DNA of 64,000 nt, from assembly GCA_965652295.1 (NCBI GenBank), contig CBFGTS010000001.1, positions 288,001 to 352,000 of the forward strand, read 5' to 3'. The position numbers and the translations under genes are program-made. The DNA is from an uncultured Haloferula sp. (GTDB taxonomy: Bacteria > Verrucomicrobiota > Verrucomicrobiia > Verrucomicrobiales > Akkermansiaceae). Under the pieces are notes generated by a model, which did not search any database, had not been told where the DNA came from, and was given only the letters and a program-made list of their open reading frames with translations. Positions 27,336 through 38,107 of the stretch are shown piece after piece (within the stretch, counting starts at the first letter, position 1; each line of letters starts with the position of its first letter).

Positions 27336-30269
27336 TCAGGGACGGACGGCGCGGAGCCGCCCGAAAAGTTTGCCATCCTCGGCGAGGGTTCGCGGCAGGG
27401 TCACGGTGATGGTTTCCAAGCCGGAAGAGGGAGTGTCGGGGACGACGGTCACAGATTCTCCGCTGGTGGCGGGGATGGCGATGCTGGTCCAGGCACCGAG
27501 ATCGGCGCTGTATTCGAATGTCTGGGTGGTGTCGGCCTTCGATTCGGTCCGGCGGATGAAGGTCAGGACGTAGTTGGAAGGCTCAAGGTCCACCGTCGGC
27601 AGGACGGAGTCGTTTCCGGAGGTCGGATCGCCATTCAGGATGTACTCCAGCAGGTTGGTCAGGCCGTCCTGATCCGGATCGGCATCGGGGTCGCCATCGG
27701 AGATCGCAGGGAAGCCCGCGAGCCATGAGCTGTATCCGCCCTCGCCCGCTTCGTAGTGAAGGACGAGATCGTTTCCGCTCGCTTCCAGGGACCAGGTGCC
27801 GGTGCCGGGGAAGTTCGAGGTGGCGACCTGCCAGTTGTCCGCGGTCAGGCCCGCGGGGGTGGAGGAGGCGGTGGCGATGACGAAGGTCTGGGCGCTTTCG
27901 CTGAAGTTGGCGATGCCGGAGCCATCGATCTGGATGGTCAGCTTGGAGCCGGTGGTGGACGAAATCGCGAGGCTATCGAAGTTCGCGGTGTCGTAGCCGG
28001 TGCCCGCGGCTCCGGTCCAGTCCCCGATCTGGATGCCCAGCGACGAGCCCGGGAGCAGGGCCAGCGCGGCGGTCCCGGTGGCGGTGCCGATGCCATCACC
28101 GGGGGCGAGGGTGCCTTCGATGGAAACGTCGCCCAAGGTGTTGAGATTGCCGGTCAGAGTGGCGCCGGCCGCGACCTGGAGTGGAGTGGCGTCGAGGGAG
28201 CCGTTGGCGGCGAGGGTGCCTTCCTCCACCACGGTGGCACCGAGGTAATCGGAATTGCCGCTGAGAGTGAGGGTGCCGGTTCCGGTTTTGACCAGCCCAC
28301 CCGCGGCACCGTCGTCGAGATCGGAGGCGGTGAGGATGTGGGTGAACCCGGGGGCGGGGTCGTCCGTGCCTCCGCCGATGAACGAGATGGAGAGTTCATC
28401 TCCTTCCTGATAGTCCTCGCCGGGATTGGTGATGGTGATGCCGGTGACGACACCGTTTTCCACCTCAGCCACGGCGAATGCGTCGAAGCCGACGCCGTCT
28501 GTTTCGATCCGCACCACGGGCGGGGTGAGATAGCCGGTGCCGCCGGCGGCGACGCTGAGGGTGCCATCGGAGAAATCGACTCCGTTGGCGAAAGGCCGGA
28601 AGATGTCGGCCTCGATGGAGGCGTTGAAGCCGTTGGTATCGACCCGGAGGCCGCCGCGGCGAGTGACGGTCTGGAGTCCGCTTTTCACGAGGACGACGCC
28701 ATCGCGGCCGGCTTGGAGGGTGCCGCCGTTGGCATTGAAGAAGCCGGCACCGCCGCCTTTGTAGATCGAGCCATGGAGAAGGATGGTGCCGTTGTTGAGG
28801 TTGAGGTGACCTTGGGCACCGCCGGTTCCTCCGACGATGATGGAACCGTCGCCGTCGTCGGGGCGCAGGCCGTTGAGGACGGCGTCGCCGCCGGCGAGGG
28901 TTCCGACGTTGATGACGGCGGTTGAGCCGGAGCGATCACCGACGATCAGGCGCCAGTTGGCGGTGACGGTGGCGGAGCCTCCGAGGAAAGTGGCCACGCC
29001 GGTGGAGTTGTCTCCTCCGACGGCGAACCAGCGGTTGGAGGTCAGGTCGCCGCCGGTTTGGATCAGGTTGCCGGTTCCGTTGAGGCCCAGGCGGATGCCG
29101 GAATCGGCACCCGTGACCACGCTGCCGCCGGAGAGCTCGAGGGCGCCGAAGGAATCGGTACCATTGGCGATGGAGAGGTAGCCCCCGCCGGAGGCGTAGG
29201 TGGAAGAACCGCCGCTCTGGCGGATGATGCCCACGGCGTCCTGACCGGTGCCGATACCGGGGTTGCCTCCGAAGACGATGGTGCTGTCTCCCGCTTGTTC
29301 CAGCACGGCGGTGCCGGAGGGAACGGCGAGTTCGAGGTTTCCGAGTACGGTCCGGGTGGCGGTCCCGATGTAGGACAAGGTGCCCTCGCGGACAAAGGTG
29401 GGCCCGGCATAGGTGCTGTCGCCGGTGAGTTCGATCTCGGAGGGACCTGTTTTCACCAGGCTGCCCGCGCCGGCAAGGGTCGAGGCGATGGTGGCGTCTT
29501 CGTTGGCGCGGAGGCGGCTCACGCCCACCAGCGTCAGGGTGTCGCTCTGGATTGAATAACCCGGTGCGTCGAACTGGAGTACGCGGGCGTTGATCGGCTC
29601 GGTGAGTGTCACCGTGGTCGGGCTCCCGGCACCGAACAGGGCGCGGGCCAGGATGGTGGAGTCCCAGGTGGCTGGAGCACCGTTGTCCCAGTTCTGGGAA
29701 GTGGTGTTCCATTCGGTGTCGGAGGCACCGGTCCAAACGAAGTCGATCGGAGCGGGCGTGGCGGGAAGTTCGAAGTCGGCGGTGTAAGTGCCGCGGGTTT
29801 CGGGAACCGCCGCGGCGAGGACGTTGTCGAGCAACGTCCAGGTTGCGCCGTCGGCGCTGCCTTCGAGGGTCCAGCTTATCGGGTCGCGGTCGATCGCGTC
29901 ATTGGCGGTCGCGAAGTAGTAGCCATCGACCGTGGTGGTGGCACCGAAGTCGATGACGAGGACGGATTTGTTGAAGTCGAGCCACTTGGTGCCGGTGTCG
30001 CCATCCACGAGGTTGACGGGGCCTTCCGCGTCGGGAGAACGCCCGCCGGGGTTGGTCACGGTGGCGGTGGCCATGTCGACATCGCCGCCCGATCCGGTGT
30101 AGAAACCGAATTCGGAAAGCTGGATGCTGTTCGAGGTGGCGTCGTTCCTGAGCTGGGTGGGAGTGAACCGGTAGTAGCGGTAATCGGCGCCGTGGCTGAA
30201 AAGAGCGATGCAGGGAAAGAGGTACAACAGGGTTGTGGGTCTCAAGGAGTGGAAGCGAATGGGGATCAT
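27336..30269 (-). CDS. Secreted protein with N-terminal discoidin-like domain and autotransporter-associated beta-strand repeats
   Basis: Signal peptide; [49 protein letters not shown] repeats; C-terminal DPDQDG.NLLEY domain. Confidence 0.85.
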   Translation of the reverse strand: MIPIRFHSLRPTTLLYLFPCIALFSHGADYRYYRFTPTQLRNDATSNSIQLSEFGFYTGSGGDVDMATATVTNPGGRSPDAEGPVNLVDGDTGTKWLDFNKSVLVIDFGATTTVDGYYFATANDAIDRDPISWTLEGSADGATWTLLDNVLAAAVPETRGTYTADFELPATPAPIDFVWTGASDTEWNTTSQNWDNGAPATWDSTILARALFGAGSPTTVTLTEPINARVLQFDAPGYSIQSDTLTLVGVSRLRANEDATIASTLAGAGSLVKTGPSEIELTGDSTYAGPTFVREGTLSYIGTATRTVLGNLELAVPSGTAVLEQAGDSTIVFGGNPGIGTGQDAVGIIRQSGGSSTYASGGGYLSIANGTDSFGALELSGGSVVTGADSGIRLGLNGTGNLIQTGGDLTSNRWFAVGGDNSTGVATFLGGSATVTANWRLIVGDRSGSTAVINVGTLAGGDAVLNGLRPDDGDGSIIVGGTGGAQGHLNLNNGTILLHGSIYKGGGAGFFNANGGTLQAGRDGVVLVKSGLQTVTRRGGLRVDTNGFNASIEADIFRPFANGVDFSDGTLSVAAGGTGYLTPPVVRIETDGVGFDAFAVAEVENGVVTGITITNPGEDYQEGDELSISFIGGGTDDPAPGFTHILTASDLDDGAAGGLVKTGTGTLTLSGNSDYLGATVVEEGTLAANGSLDATPLQVAAGATLTGNLNTLGDVSIEGTLAPGDGIGTATGTAALALLPGSSLGIQIGDWTGAAGTGYDTANFDSLAISSTTGSKLTIQIDGSGIANFSESAQTFVIATASSTPAGLTADNWQVATSNFPGTGTWSLEASGNDLVLHYEAGEGGYSSWLAGFPAISDGDPDADPDQDGLTNLLEYILNGDPTSGNDSVLPTVDLEPSNYVLTFIRRTESKADTTQTFEYSADLGAWTSIAIPATSGESVTVVPDTPSSGLETITVTLPRTLAEDGKLFGRLRAVRP

Positions 30270-30297
30270 GGTGGGTTGGTTCGGGAGATGTTGGGAA

Positions 30298-31716
30298 TCA
30301 GCGCTGAGCCGGATTTTCCGGCTGAGGGGGATAATCGACGCTACGGGCGTGGATCTCGGTCAGTGCGAGGTCACCGCCCTCATCATTCTCCACGGTCAAA
30401 GAGACCGGCGTGGCCGACGAGGAGGTGGTCAGGCTGGCGAGCTGCCTGCCTTGAAGGTTGGGCCCCTCGTGGATTGTGAGGTGCCTATTGGCGGGGTCGA
30501 AGCGCAGGGTTAAGGCGTGGTTCTCCAGCGCGGAGATTTCAAGCAGCTCGGATTCGTCGCCGGATGCTCCGTCCTGAAGCCGCCAGCGGTGCTCTTCCGT
30601 CGCCCGGGCGATCAGCGAGAAAATCGGCGAGCCCTGGTGGTCCCACAACCGGACGATTTCCCGGCCTTCCAAACGGGACGCTTTGTCGGAGATCTGGGTC
30701 GGCTCCGTCGTGCCGAGCGAGATGATGAAGATGCGCTGGCCGTTTCCCTCGGATTGCCGGCGGAAGGGGGCGCTGAGCGTGCGGTAGCCGCCGGAGGTGT
30801 CGAGAGCGCCGTTGCGGATGTAGGTCGGCCGGGCTTCGCGCAAGGCCATCCACGGATAGCCGACGTCCGGTCGTTTCCCACTGAATGGGGTTCCGGCGGG
30901 GTCATCGAAGTCATCGGCGAACAAGGTGGTTTCCGAAGGGAGTTCCGTCCGAAACCGGTTGAGTTCCGCTTGGAGGGGAATCACCGGGCCTTTGTCCGTC
31001 CAGCGGGCCGCTTCGCCATCCACGAGCAAAGTCGGCGCTTTCTCGCCGAGCCGTACTTCCACCTTGCCTTGGGCGACGTGGACCTCCCCTTTTCCTCCGG
31101 GGGATGCGGCGATGCCGTAACGCGTGCCGAGATGGCGGATCGACGCTCCGGAAACGATCGCATGGAAGTCCGGTGCTGAGGATTTGACGTCCACCCAGCC
31201 ACGGCCGGAAAGGAGTTCGAAACTGCCATCGGATTCGAGGAGCACGACTTCCGCGGGGCTCTCGAGGAAAAGTTCGGTGGCGGAGTTGATCCGCGCGGAC
31301 ACCATGCCGCTCTGGACGGTGAGCTTCTGGTCCGGTTGCAGGACGAGTTCGGCGGATGGCTCGCCATCGATGGTGAAGCGGGCATCGGCGGATGTCGTCA
31401 GACTCACGTCCGGCCTCTGGACCCGGGTCACCAACATGGTGGCGAAAAGCAGCAGCAGGATGGCGGCCGCGGCGGCCAGCGAGAACGTCCACGGGTGTCC
31501 TTCATACCGTTTTTCCGACCAGCGGCGGTGGGACATCGCCTGCCGAGGTGAGCTGAACCGTTCGACGAGAAGCTGATCGGTACAACTAAGGTCATAGTAG
31601 CGTTGCCGCGCTTCGGGGCTGGCGTGCAGCTCCGCTTGCAGCCGTTCGAAGTCGCCGTGGCCGATCGTGCCATCAAGCAATTCGTGGATCAGCCCGTCGA
31701 TTTCTTCGGCATTCAT
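30298..31716 (-). CDS. FecR-like anti-sigma factor
   Basis: N-terminal LLDGT...L..SPEARQRY, one TM helix, FecR motif HLGTRYGI...VHVAQGKV; 4-nt overlap with the ECF gene. Confidence 0.85.
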   Translation of the reverse strand: MNAEEIDGLIHELLDGTIGHGDFERLQAELHASPEARQRYYDLSCTDQLLVERFSSPRQAMSHRRWSEKRYEGHPWTFSLAAAAAILLLLFATMLVTRVQRPDVSLTTSADARFTIDGEPSAELVLQPDQKLTVQSGMVSARINSATELFLESPAEVVLLESDGSFELLSGRGWVDVKSSAPDFHAIVSGASIRHLGTRYGIAASPGGKGEVHVAQGKVEVRLGEKAPTLLVDGEAARWTDKGPVIPLQAELNRFRTELPSETTLFADDFDDPAGTPFSGKRPDVGYPWMALREARPTYIRNGALDTSGGYRTLSAPFRRQSEGNGQRIFIISLGTTEPTQISDKASRLEGREIVRLWDHQGSPIFSLIARATEEHRWRLQDGASGDESELLEISALENHALTLRFDPANRHLTIHEGPNLQGRQLASLTTSSSATPVSLTVENDEGGDLALTEIHARSVDYPPQPENPAQR

Positions 31717-32240
31717 GACGATGGGTGGAGCTGGCGCTCGATGCAGGTGCGGAGGGACGCCCGAAGCTGGTGGAGCCTTGCTTTGAGCGTGCCGATGCTG
31801 CGGTGGGTGGCGGAGGCGAGGATCTCAAGCGGCTCGTCTGACCAGTAGCGGTGACGCAGCAATTCGAGGTCTTTCGGGGTCAGCTTGGTGATGCAGTGGG
31901 AAAGGGCGTGGCGGCGCTCCGGGAGCTGGTCGGCGACGACCTCGAACTCCTCCGCGAAGCGTTCCAGCAGCTTGTTGTCGAACGCAACCGTGCGGGACCG
32001 ACGCTGTGACCTGAGGTATTTCTTCACCTCAAAGTGGGCGATGCGGAATGCCCAGCTTCGAAAATTGGTGCCGGGCTGGTATTTGGAACGCTTCTTCCAC
32101 ATCACCATGTTCACGGATTGGCGGATGTCCATGGCCGCATGGACATCCCCCACGAGGGTGCGGATGAAGTAGATCAGCTCCATCTGGTGACGGGTCAGCT
32201 CTTGAACAAAGTCATCGAGGTCTTTGGCATCGTCAGACAT
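31713..32240 (-). CDS. ECF sigma factor (Rhodopirellula/Verrucomicrobium type)
   Basis: DIRQSVN..MWKK..Y.PGTNFRSWAFRIA; region 4 LRHRY...LRASLRTCIE. Confidence 0.92.
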   Translation of the reverse strand: MSDDAKDLDDFVQELTRHQMELIYFIRTLVGDVHAAMDIRQSVNMVMWKKRSKYQPGTNFRSWAFRIAHFEVKKYLRSQRRSRTVAFDNKLLERFAEEFEVVADQLPERRHALSHCITKLTPKDLELLRHRYWSDEPLEILASATHRSIGTLKARLHQLRASLRTCIERQLHPSS

Positions 32241-32504
32241 AGCAATCGGTCTCACCTGCTAACCCCCGGAACGCACGCAGGGTTTAGTGGAAAAGGAGGG
32301 TATTCCGGGGTAGCCCACCATTTGCGGCATGTCATGGAAAGAAGGAGGTCGTTTCCGCTCCCTTTTCGCTAGGGATGACACGGGAGGGAGTCGATTTCTT
32401 GAAGCTCCGACTAAACCCGGCCGGGGGAAGGGGGTGTTGCTGTGAGCCGGTTGCCTCGATGTGCAGGAGCCTCGGGGCATGCCGGTCATCCCCAACCACA
32501 ACCT

Positions 32505-33188
32505 ATGAAAACCTACTCCTCCATCGCCACGGCGGCCTTGTTCCTCGGAACCCTGTCGCTCGCTCACGCCACCGTCATTGGCTTCGGACAGATCGGCGGC
32601 AGCAACACCACGGTCCCCTCGGACCTGGGCTCGAACGCCACAGCGGACGGCAACGGCTTCGTTGTCACCAACGGCACCACTCCCAACATCGCCCTCACTT
32701 GGGACGGCGGCTGGGACATCCACACCAGCGGCTTCTTCGCTGCGACGGAAGACCAGTCCGTCGGCGGTGGAGACTGGGATAACGAAGGCGGTATCCCGCG
32801 GATCGGCCAACTGGATTTCGGAACCCACTCGATCGCCTTCACCGTGGATCCCGGATTCGCGCTGGTGCTCGGCTCGTTCGACTTCGGCCATACGGCCGAA
32901 ACCGCGGGCACGACCGCCTGGGACATCAGCCTGACCGATTCGTCGCTTACCGAAGTCTGGCAGACGACGGTGGCATTTGTGAACGGTCAGGTGGTGACGG
33001 TGACGCCCGGTTTCACCGGCGAGCTGGGCGAGGACTACACCCTCTCCTTCGAGCGCACGGCGGAAAGCTATGGATCCAACGGCCGTCACGCCTTGGACAA
33101 CCTGAGTTTCACGCAGGTTCCGGAGCCATCGGCTGCGGCGCTCGTCGGACTTGCGGGCTGGGGGCTGCTGCTGCGGCGTCGCTCGTAA
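32505..33188 (+). CDS. PEP-CTERM sorting-domain protein
   Basis: Signal peptide (AHA); C-terminal VPEPSAAALVGLAGWGLLLRRRS. Confidence 0.95.
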   Translation: MKTYSSIATAALFLGTLSLAHATVIGFGQIGGSNTTVPSDLGSNATADGNGFVVTNGTTPNIALTWDGGWDIHTSGFFAATEDQSVGGGDWDNEGGIPRIGQLDFGTHSIAFTVDPGFALVLGSFDFGHTAETAGTTAWDISLTDSSLTEVWQTTVAFVNGQVVTVTPGFTGELGEDYTLSFERTAESYGSNGRHALDNLSFTQVPEPSAAALVGLAGWGLLLRRRS

Positions 33189-33218
33189 TCCCTGCCGGTT
33201 TGTTCGCCGGTTTTTTCT

Positions 33219-33258
33219 CCAACCTCTCCCGACCTTGGCGGGAGAGGTTGGTTCTTCT
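33219..33258 (+). terminator. Hairpin / probable terminator after the PEP-CTERM gene
   Basis: CCAACCTCTCCCG-ACCTTGG-CGGGAGAGGTTGG followed by TTCTTCT. Confidence 0.6.
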
Positions 33259-33312
33259 CGCGGTGAGAGGTCCGGTGCGCGCTTTTCCCCCATCGATTTC
33301 GTGGCGATCCCG

Positions 33313-36300
33313 ATGATGCGATTTTTTCAGAGGCTCGTTCTGATCCTTTGCGGAGTGGTGGCGGGTCTCGCAGGGAGTGAGGCGGCGGCGGTGGAATTCC
33401 GCTTCTATCGGTTTTCCACGGTGGCGGTTCGCACGGGTGTCGGCACGTCGGTGCAGCTCGCCGATTTCCAGTTCCACGCGGATAGCGGGCTGGTCGCGCA
33501 ACCCCCGCTCATTACGAATCCCGGAGGCGACAATCCGGAGGGCGAGGGACCGGTGAACCTCGGAGACTTCGACCCCGCGACCAAATGGCTGGATTTCGAC
33601 CGCCAACCCGTGGTTTTCGATTTCGGGGCACCGATGGAGATCGTCCGTTATGGCTTCACCACCGCCAACGACGTAAGCAGCCGGGACCCGGTGCGGTGGC
33701 TTTTTGAAGGAAGCCACGACGGCAGTGTTTGGTTCATGCTCGATGACCGGAGTGGCACCACCCAAAGCGTTTCGACCGAACGTCATTTCACCCATGAATG
33801 GGACCTGACATCCGTGACGGATCTGCCACGGGTGGACGTGGCGGTATCGGTGCCGGGAGTTTCGTCGCTGTACGGAGTCAACATCACAAACGGCGATGCC
33901 GTGACGCTCGCGTGGGAGGTGGAGGGTGCCTCCGTCGTGATCGTTCGGGAGGGCCCGACGACCCTTTCCACGGCGGTGAACGGGTCGGTTTCGGTTTCTC
34001 CCGTTTCGACAACGGGCTACACGGTGGAGGCGCAGAACGCGTCGGGCACGGAAGGCAGGGAGGTGGTGGTTTACGTCGATGCTGCGAGCGCCGAGGTCGA
34101 ACTCAATGAATTCGCCTCCGATGTCACGACGGACGGTGGCATGCTCGATGAGGATCAGGAGGCGTCCGATTGGATCGAACTCCACAATCCAAATCCTTTC
34201 GCGGTGTCCTTGGAGGGGTATGGCTTGACTGATGACGCCTCCCTCACGGCCCCGTGGCTTTTCCCGGCGGGCAGTGCGATCGAAGCGGATTCGTTCCTGG
34301 TTGTCTTTGCTTCGGGGAAAAACCGCAGGGTTCCGGGGGCGGAGTATCATACGGACTTCGCGCTTTCCAAGGGAGGCGAGTTTCTGGCGCTCACGGATGA
34401 TGGAGGGTCGGTGTTGCAGGTGCTCGATCCCTTTCCGCCGATGTTCGAGGATGTCTCCTACGGCCGCCGACTTGAGGATGGAGCATGGGATCATTTCACC
34501 ACGCCCACGCCCGGAGCTCCCAACGACACGCTGCCCGGACCGCCCGGTGCCGCTGTCACTTTTTTAACCCCGTCTTCCACTTTTACCACCTCGATCCAGG
34601 TCGGGCTGGCGACGGATTCCGCCACGGCTGGAATCCGCTACACGACGGACGGAAGCCTCCCGGACGAGACTTCATATCTTTACACGGGTCCGATCACGGT
34701 GACTTCCACCACCCTGATCAAGGCCCGGACCTATGAGACGGGTCGCGCTCCCGGCGAGGTGGCGGCTGCCGCCTATTTCAAGACCGAAGCCTCCGTGGCC
34801 AACTTCTCCTCGGACCTGCCGGTCGTGGTTCTGGAGAATTTCGCGTCAGGTCCGGTGCCGTCGGAGCGGACTTTGCAGGCAGCGCAGTTCTCGCTTTTCG
34901 AGCCGGACGCCCTCAACGGCCGGACGCTTCTCACCTCGACTCCCGCCGAGTCCCACCGTTGCGGCATCAAGCGCAGGGGGTCTTCGACCCTCAATGACCC
35001 CAAGGGAAGCTATCGGGTGGAATTTTGGCAGGACGGCAGCGACGAGGAGAAGGATGTCGGGCTGCTTGGCTTGGCGGAACACGACGAATGGGTGCTGTAT
35101 GCACCCTACACTTTCGACCGGGCTCTGGTGCGCAATGCCTTCTTGTTCGGACTGAGCAACGACCTGGACCGATGGGCTCCGAAGACCCGCTTCTGCGAGG
35201 TTTACCTCAACACCGACGGCGGGGCGCTGACGGGGTCGGACTATCAGGGCGTCTATGTCTTGATGGAAAGGATCAGTCGTGACGGGGATCGCGTGGATGT
35301 TGAAAAACTCACCGCCGCCGACAACAGCGAGCCCGAGGTCACGGGCGGGTACATTCTGAGCATCGACCGCCGCGACCCGGAGGACCTGGGTTTCCGCAGT
35401 GCGCTGGGGCATCCTTTCGATCCCCCCAACGCCAGTCCGCAGCCGTGGTTCAACCACGTCTATCCGAAGGAGCAGAACATCACACCGGCGCAATCAGGCT
35501 ACATCCGTGGCTACATCGATGACTTGGAGTCGGCGCTCTACGGGCCGGATTTCAAAGATCCCGAGACTGGCTACCGAGCTTGGCTGGAAACACCGGCGAC
35601 CATCGATCACCACCTGATGGTCACCTTCAGCAAGGATCCTGACGCCCTCCGGCTGAGCACCTACCTTCACAAGCCGCGCAACGCCAAGCTGGCGTTTGGG
35701 CCGCTGTGGGACTTCGACCGTGGCATGGCCCCTGACAACGACCAGCGCGCCGCCAGTCCCATCGGTTGGGACGCCGCGCCGGAGCGTGCGGAGTTCTTCG
35801 GTTATGATTACTGGGGCCGCCTGTTTCAGGACCCGGATTTCATGCAGGCATGGATCGACCGCTGGCAGGAACTGCGGCCGGGCGTGTTCTCCGATGGCTC
35901 GCTCCGGGCGCGGATCGATGGCATGGCAGCCGAACTCGCCGAAGCCCAGGTGCGCAATGCCGCACGGTGGCCGGCGGTTGCTCCCAACGGTGGAGCACTG
36001 TCGTCACTCGGAGGCTACGCTGGAGAAATCGAGCATTTGAAAAACTGGCTGGTTCAGCGAGCGGGATGGATCGACACGCAGTTCGTCGATCCGCCGTCCG
36101 TGCCCCCCGGAGGCCAGGTCGCGGCAGCCACGGTGGTGGAAGTGCAGCCGGCTGGGGCCCCAGTATGGTACACGATCGATGGCTCCGACCCACGGCTGCC
36201 GGGCGGGGGCGTGAATCCGTCCGCGATCGCCATCTCGGATGGCGCGGTGGAAACCATGTTGGTCAGCGAATCCTCCGCGCAAGTGCGGGTTCTACGCCCT

Positions 36301-37887
36301 ACTTCAGACATCCCGGGAGCCACCGCATGGACGATGCCCGGATTCGACGATTCCGGCTGGGACTCCGGGTTGTTCGGAGTCGGCTATGAGCTTTCTTCGG
36401 GCTACGAACCCTATCTTTCGACGATCGTCCACGAAGGCAGCGCTGGGGCACCGACGAGTGTGTATGTCCGGGTTCCCTTCGAGGTTTCGGTTCCGGCGTC
36501 CGGATTCGATTCATTGACGCTGCGCCTCCGCTATGAGGACGGCTTTGTCGCCTACCTCAATGGCACGCCGGTGGCGTCTTCGAACGCCCCGACCCCGCTT
36601 GCTTGGAACAGCGCCGCCACCGCCGTTCGTTCGGACGCGCTGGCCGTCGGGTTCGCTGATCTCGACCTCAGCCCTTTCGCGCATCTGCTGGTCGAGGGGG
36701 ACAACCTTCTCTCCATCCACGCCCTCAACGATGGCGACGTGAATGCGTCCAACACCGGCAGCGACAGTTCCGACATGCTCGTTTCCGCCGAACTGCTCGG
36801 CAGCTTCCAAGCATCGAACTTGGGCGAGGTGACGATTCACGAGACGACCCGGCTCATCGCACGTTCCTATGCGGACGGATCATGGAGCGGGCCCGTGTAC
36901 TCGAACTTCGTGGTGGGGAGACTGGCGGATGCGGAAAATCTGGTCGTGTCCGAAATCATGTATCATCCCCCGGCCCCCACTGCTGCGGAGATATCGGCAG
37001 GTTATTCCGACGACGGAGATTTCGAGTTCCTCGAACTGCAGAATATTTCGCCGACGGAAACCATCGACCTGACCGGGGTGGTGATCCGCGACTGCTTCGA
37101 TTTCGACTTTGCCGACGCCGGTCAGACCGTGATCCCGCCGGGCGGCTGCCTGCTGGTGGTGCGGAATCGTGCCGCGTTCGAACTCCGCTACGGCGCGGGC
37201 CTGCCAATCGCGGGTCAGTGGGGTGATGCGACCTTGCCGGACGGCGGATCGAACCTTTCCAATGGCGGGGAAAGGATCACCCTGACCGCCGCGGATGGCT
37301 CGGTGATCCGGGATTTCATCTACGACGATGCCTTGCCCTGGCCGCTTGCAGCGGATGGCGACGGGCCATCGCTTGAGCTCGTCACACCGTTCCGATCCCC
37401 GGACCACGCCTTGGGCTTGAACTGGCGTGCGAGCGCTACTCTTGGAGGCTCACCCGGCCTCGTTCCGGGAGTGTTCGAAAGCTGGGCCGCATCGTTTTTT
37501 TCCGCGGAAGAGTTGGAGGATCCTTCCGTCTCCGCGCCGGAGTCCGATCCGGACCACGACGGGCTCGCCAATGTCATCGAGTTGGCTTTCGGCGGGAATC
37601 CTCGCCTCGCCTCGCCCGGGCTGCGTCCCAGCGCGCAGCTGGAGGAGATCGAAGTGGACGGGGATTCCAACGTTTACCTCACGATTACCTTCAGGCGGGA
37701 TCCTTTGGTGCCGGGCTACACGGCGACACCGCAGTTCGGTTCGTCGCTTGATGTCTGGCCGGATGAAGGGGTGTTGATCGCGACTGTCTCTCATCCCGAC
37801 GGCACGGAAACCGTCACCTACCGCGACTCGACCCCGGCACCCGAGGGTCGGCGGTTCGTGCGGGTGAGAGTCGTGGGGGAGCTTTGA
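33313..37887 (+). CDS. Large secreted CotH-kinase-family protein with discoidin-like, lamin-tail and Fn3-associated domains
   Basis: Signal peptide; DWIELHN and SEIMYHP lamin-tail motifs; IRYTTDGS.P; CotH motifs RGSST, YQGVYVLMERI, GPLWDFD. Confidence 0.88.
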   Translation: MMRFFQRLVLILCGVVAGLAGSEAAAVEFRFYRFSTVAVRTGVGTSVQLADFQFHADSGLVAQPPLITNPGGDNPEGEGPVNLGDFDPATKWLDFDRQPVVFDFGAPMEIVRYGFTTANDVSSRDPVRWLFEGSHDGSVWFMLDDRSGTTQSVSTERHFTHEWDLTSVTDLPRVDVAVSVPGVSSLYGVNITNGDAVTLAWEVEGASVVIVREGPTTLSTAVNGSVSVSPVSTTGYTVEAQNASGTEGREVVVYVDAASAEVELNEFASDVTTDGGMLDEDQEASDWIELHNPNPFAVSLEGYGLTDDASLTAPWLFPAGSAIEADSFLVVFASGKNRRVPGAEYHTDFALSKGGEFLALTDDGGSVLQVLDPFPPMFEDVSYGRRLEDGAWDHFTTPTPGAPNDTLPGPPGAAVTFLTPSSTFTTSIQVGLATDSATAGIRYTTDGSLPDETSYLYTGPITVTSTTLIKARTYETGRAPGEVAAAAYFKTEASVANFSSDLPVVVLENFASGPVPSERTLQAAQFSLFEPDALNGRTLLTSTPAESHRCGIKRRGSSTLNDPKGSYRVEFWQDGSDEEKDVGLLGLAEHDEWVLYAPYTFDRALVRNAFLFGLSNDLDRWAPKTRFCEVYLNTDGGALTGSDYQGVYVLMERISRDGDRVDVEKLTAADNSEPEVTGGYILSIDRRDPEDLGFRSALGHPFDPPNASPQPWFNHVYPKEQNITPAQSGYIRGYIDDLESALYGPDFKDPETGYRAWLETPATIDHHLMVTFSKDPDALRLSTYLHKPRNAKLAFGPLWDFDRGMAPDNDQRAASPIGWDAAPERAEFFGYDYWGRLFQDPDFMQAWIDRWQELRPGVFSDGSLRARIDGMAAELAEAQVRNAARWPAVAPNGGALSSLGGYAGEIEHLKNWLVQRAGWIDTQFVDPPSVPPGGQVAAATVVEVQPAGAPVWYTIDGSDPRLPGGGVNPSAIAISDGAVETMLVSESSAQVRVLRPTSDIPGATAWTMPGFDDSGWDSGLFGVGYELSSGYEPYLSTIVHEGSAGAPTSVYVRVPFEVSVPASGFDSLTLRLRYEDGFVAYLNGTPVASSNAPTPLAWNSAATAVRSDALAVGFADLDLSPFAHLLVEGDNLLSIHALNDGDVNASNTGSDSSDMLVSAELLGSFQASNLGEVTIHETTRLIARSYADGSWSGPVYSNFVVGRLADAENLVVSEIMYHPPAPTAAEISAGYSDDGDFEFLELQNISPTETIDLTGVVIRDCFDFDFADAGQTVIPPGGCLLVVRNRAAFELRYGAGLPIAGQWGDATLPDGGSNLSNGGERITLTAADGSVIRDFIYDDALPWPLAADGDGPSLELVTPFRSPDHALGLNWRASATLGGSPGLVPGVFESWAASFFSAEELEDPSVSAPESDPDHDGLANVIELAFGGNPRLASPGLRPSAQLEEIEVDGDSNVYLTITFRRDPLVPGYTATPQFGSSLDVWPDEGVLIATVSHPDGTETVTYRDSTPAPEGRRFVRVRVVGEL

Positions 37888-38107
37888 GAATCTCCCGCAT
37901 ATGAGGCGGGCTGATGGTGAGGCGTCTGTCTGAGAGGGGAAAACACCCTCCGCATGAGCTGGCGGCATGGCTCGTAACCGACTGAATGAGAGGAATTGAT
38001 GAAGTGCCTCTCAGGTTCAAACGCGCTCATGAGCGGCAGGCTTTTTTCTCATCAGCTCGGTGGAGAGGCCGGCTTCCGGGGCCTGCCCCCTGCTAGATGG
38101 GGAGCGG

